In this document: positions 61,809-64,000 of the stretch, piece by piece
Layout of the letters: each line of letters begins with the position of its first letter
How positions within the stretch are numbered: the stretch's first letter is position 1
From: an uncultured Pseudomonadales bacterium
GTDB lineage: Bacteria; Patescibacteriota; Microgenomatia; UBA1400; PJMF01
Direction: 5' to 3'
Length of the DNA: 64,000 nt
Assembly (NCBI GenBank): GCA_964521215.1
Contig: CAZFRD010000003.1
Span: forward strand, 425 to 64,424
Position numbers and translations under genes: made by a program
Notes under the pieces: model-generated
Database searches by the model: none
What the model saw: only the letters and a program-made list of their open reading frames with translations
Told to the model about the DNA's origin: nothing

Positions 61809-62486
61809 TTGGCCAAATCAGGACTCTACACCAAATCAACCCAAGTTTTTACAAGGTGGATAGTATATCATATAATCACAAATATGCAGGAAAACTTAAT
61901 AATCGATGGTAACACAAGTAAACCTATGCAGGATTCTGACCCTCAACCTAGATGTGTGGTTGAAATATGGAATCCAAATCAAGAGCATAACCAAATGGTC
62001 AACGATTTGCGTCAGATCAGTAAAATTGATCTTGCAGTGTTTGGACACGAATATGGATGGAGCATCGTGGATGCACATGAATATATGGTGGATACACCAA
62101 GATCAATAACCGTAATTCTTAGAGACCCTCAAACGAAAGAGGTCGTGGGTTATACTGTAGCTAATCCTACAACATCAACCTACCAAAGTAGAATATATAA
62201 AACAAGACAAGCGGCAAAAAATGTGGCATATATTTCCAATACGGCAATAAAAACTGAATACCGAGGTCACCACTATACCCAGAAATTAATGAATTTACTT
62301 GAAATTGAACTTAGAGCTATGGACTATGACTTTGTTGATAGAGATTCAGCTGACGAATCAATCGATGGTCAACCAAGTTACGCCGATAAAGTCATCAAAA
62401 ACAATTCTGGGCGAATAGTATTTGAGAAAAAATGGAATACTCCACTTGGAATGCAACGATATATTCGAATGAATATAGCTGAGTGA
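61809..62486 (+). CDS. possible GNAT-family acetyltransferase (low GC)
   Basis: TAIKTEYRGHHYTQKLMNLLE resembles the GNAT motif A. Weak call. Confidence 0.35.
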   Translation: MAKSGLYTKSTQVFTRWIVYHIITNMQENLIIDGNTSKPMQDSDPQPRCVVEIWNPNQEHNQMVNDLRQISKIDLAVFGHEYGWSIVDAHEYMVDTPRSITVILRDPQTKEVVGYTVANPTTSTYQSRIYKTRQAAKNVAYISNTAIKTEYRGHHYTQKLMNLLEIELRAMDYDFVDRDSADESIDGQPSYADKVIKNNSGRIVFEKKWNTPLGMQRYIRMNIAE

Positions 62487-62497
62487 ATTACGGCAAC

Positions 62498-63196
62498 TTA
62501 GCTAGCATCTCCGCCGAAGCGTCGCTCCCTGTTTCGATATTCCGCCAGCGCCAACCTAAATTCTTGCACCGAAAAATCGGGAAAAAGTGTGGGCACAAAA
62601 ATCAATTCTGAGTAAATTGACTGCCAGGGCATAAAACCTGAGAGTCTCTGCTCTCCCCCCGTTCGGATGATGAGATCTGGATCGGGAATTTCTGCCGTGT
62701 GCAAACTCGAAGATAACTTTTCTTCCGTCAGCTCATCATCAGAAATTCCTTCTTTGATTAACTTCTTGACTGCCTTGATAATTTCTGCCCTGCCGCCGTA
62801 GTTGAGTGCAAAAGTGACCGTAATTTTTGAATTCTTGCGGGTTTTGTTGACGAAATCCAAACACTGCTTGGCAATATCTTCAGGAAAACGATTTACTTCG
62901 CCAAGAATATTCAACTTAACCCCTTCTTTGATGAATTTAATGGCTAAATTTTTCAGAGCGAACCGAAAGACGCTAAATATCTCCTTGAGTTCTTCTTTAT
63001 CCCGCTTCCAATTTTCAGTGGAAAAAGCCCAAAAAGTGACATAAGGAATTTTTTGGTCTACGCACTCTTGGATCAAAGGTTCGATGGCTTTTTCCGCCGC
63101 AAACCGGTGGCCCTCAGTTGGCTTGAGACCCTTATGCATCGCCCAGCGTCGGTTGCCGTCCATGATAATCGCCACGTGCTGAATATCAGAGTTCAT
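62498..63196 (-). CDS. uppS: undecaprenyl diphosphate synthase
   Basis: HVAIIMDGNRRWA and the C-terminal ExRxxRRFG region. Confidence 0.9.
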   Translation of the reverse strand: MNSDIQHVAIIMDGNRRWAMHKGLKPTEGHRFAAEKAIEPLIQECVDQKIPYVTFWAFSTENWKRDKEELKEIFSVFRFALKNLAIKFIKEGVKLNILGEVNRFPEDIAKQCLDFVNKTRKNSKITVTFALNYGGRAEIIKAVKKLIKEGISDDELTEEKLSSSLHTAEIPDPDLIIRTGGEQRLSGFMPWQSIYSELIFVPTLFPDFSVQEFRLALAEYRNRERRFGGDAS

Positions 63197-63225
63197 AAGG
63201 GTTCATTATAGCAAAGAAAAATTTA

Positions 63226-64000
63226 CTAGAGAGGAGATTCTATCCAGCCTCGCTGTAAGCAATAGTTCAAAACTGTCTGAAGGTCAGCGACTAGTTGGTC
63301 GGATTCTGTTTGTGTTTCATTATAAAATCTAACTAATAATCTGCTTAAATCTTTTTCAGCATCTCTTAATATCTGCATTATAGAGGTTTCAGCTAAGTAA
63401 GAAGGTCCGGAAAGATTCATCGCACCTAGAACATAGGCGTCAGTAATTCCCATATTCTTCAACCAATTTCGTATTTCATTTTCACCATCTTTTTCCTCTA
63501 AAGATTTTGAGAGCCAGTTGGAAAATTCCGCTCTTAAAGCATAGGAGCTATCCCACCTATCGTTGATTGTTCTCAGCCGACTCGCCGCCGCAGAAAATAA
63601 GGCCTGATTTACCGCATCCGATGATTGAACAAATCTAAACCTTTCTACTTTGGGTTTGCTGTCAACTGATTTATTTAAAAAATCAATTTGTGCTTGGGAT
63701 AACGGCAAACCAACTTGTTGAAGTGCTCGACTGACCAATTCGGTTGCACTCCGCAATGCAGCTTGCACTAATTCCTCGTCTGATTTTTCAGGTTCAAAAA
63801 TACCCCATTGGTCTAAATCAATATTGTGAAATACTTTTAACTGTGGAACGACATATTTAGTTACCCGACCAGCTCTAGTGGATAAATCTTCAACGACGCT
63901 GATGATTTCTGCCTTTTTATGTTTGATCTGCTTCTGGATTCGTTGCTGACTTTCTGCATCCAGAACAGTGTGATAATCTTTTCTTGCCGCTTCCAATTCT
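63226..64000 (-). CDS. hypothetical protein (5' end beyond window)
   Basis: The ORF runs to the window edge. The first codon in the track is TTG, so the true start is probably outside the window. Confidence 0.4.
   Translation of the reverse strand, partial: ELEAARKDYHTVLDAESQQRIQKQIKHKKAEIISVVEDLSTRAGRVTKYVVPQLKVFHNIDLDQWGIFEPEKSDEELVQAALRSATELVSRALQQVGLPLSQAQIDFLNKSVDSKPKVERFRFVQSSDAVNQALFSAAASRLRTINDRWDSSYALRAEFSNWLSKSLEEKDGENEIRNWLKNMGITDAYVLGAMNLSGPSYLAETSIMQILRDAEKDLSRLLVRFYNETQTESDQLVADLQTVLNYCLQRGWIESPL

Overview
This 64-kb window looks like a small, reduced bacterial genome with standard genetic code (TAG/TAA/TGA all used as stops). The style fits CPR/Patescibacteria (Saccharibacteria-like) organisms, but that is inference from gene content only: short housekeeping proteins, no outer-membrane secretin, and a type IV pilus machinery of the Gram-positive kind.

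Most of the window is conserved core genes:
- tRNA modification: miaA-miaB, tgt-queA.
- Translation: infC-rpmI-rplT-pheS-pheT, tyrS, rpsP, rpsB-tsf, tig.
- DNA metabolism: recG, holB, gyrB-ppa-gyrA, nusB, rnc.
- Cell envelope: a class A PBP, uppS.
- RNA genes: three minus-strand tRNAs (Cys-GCA, Val-GAC, Ala-GGC). No rRNA and no CRISPR.

Three things stand out.
1. A ~15-kb type IV pilus locus (pilB-pilT-pilC, pilD, at least six prepilin-type genes) plus a separate pilM-pilN-pilO operon. The pilin genes are fused to a 1100-aa cysteine-rich secreted protein with Myxococcus-type Cys-rich repeats whose stop overlaps a pilin start. This is the best candidate for a surface or host-attachment apparatus.
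2. A dispersed family of hairpin-forming repeats with consensus GTCA-YR-C-TGAGC-N-TGTCGAAG-YR-TGAC. The stem shows compensatory ACAC/GTGT, ATGC/GCAT and ACGC/GCGT variants. One copy is in-frame inside miaA, one supplies the C-terminus and stop codon of a membrane protein gene next to miaB, and several sit in a ~1-kb ORF-free, AT-rich tract just upstream of a tyrosine recombinase beside tRNA-Ala.
3. Several unusual proteins, listed in the findings: a nucleoside 2-deoxyribosyltransferase-like domain fused to a ribbon-helix-helix tail at the head of the pilM operon, an ACP-fold protein that lacks the phosphopantetheine serine, a DUF62 SAM-hydroxide-adenosyltransferase homolog, and low-GC islands of hypothetical genes.

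All calls are from reading the sequence and ORF translations. No database searches were run.
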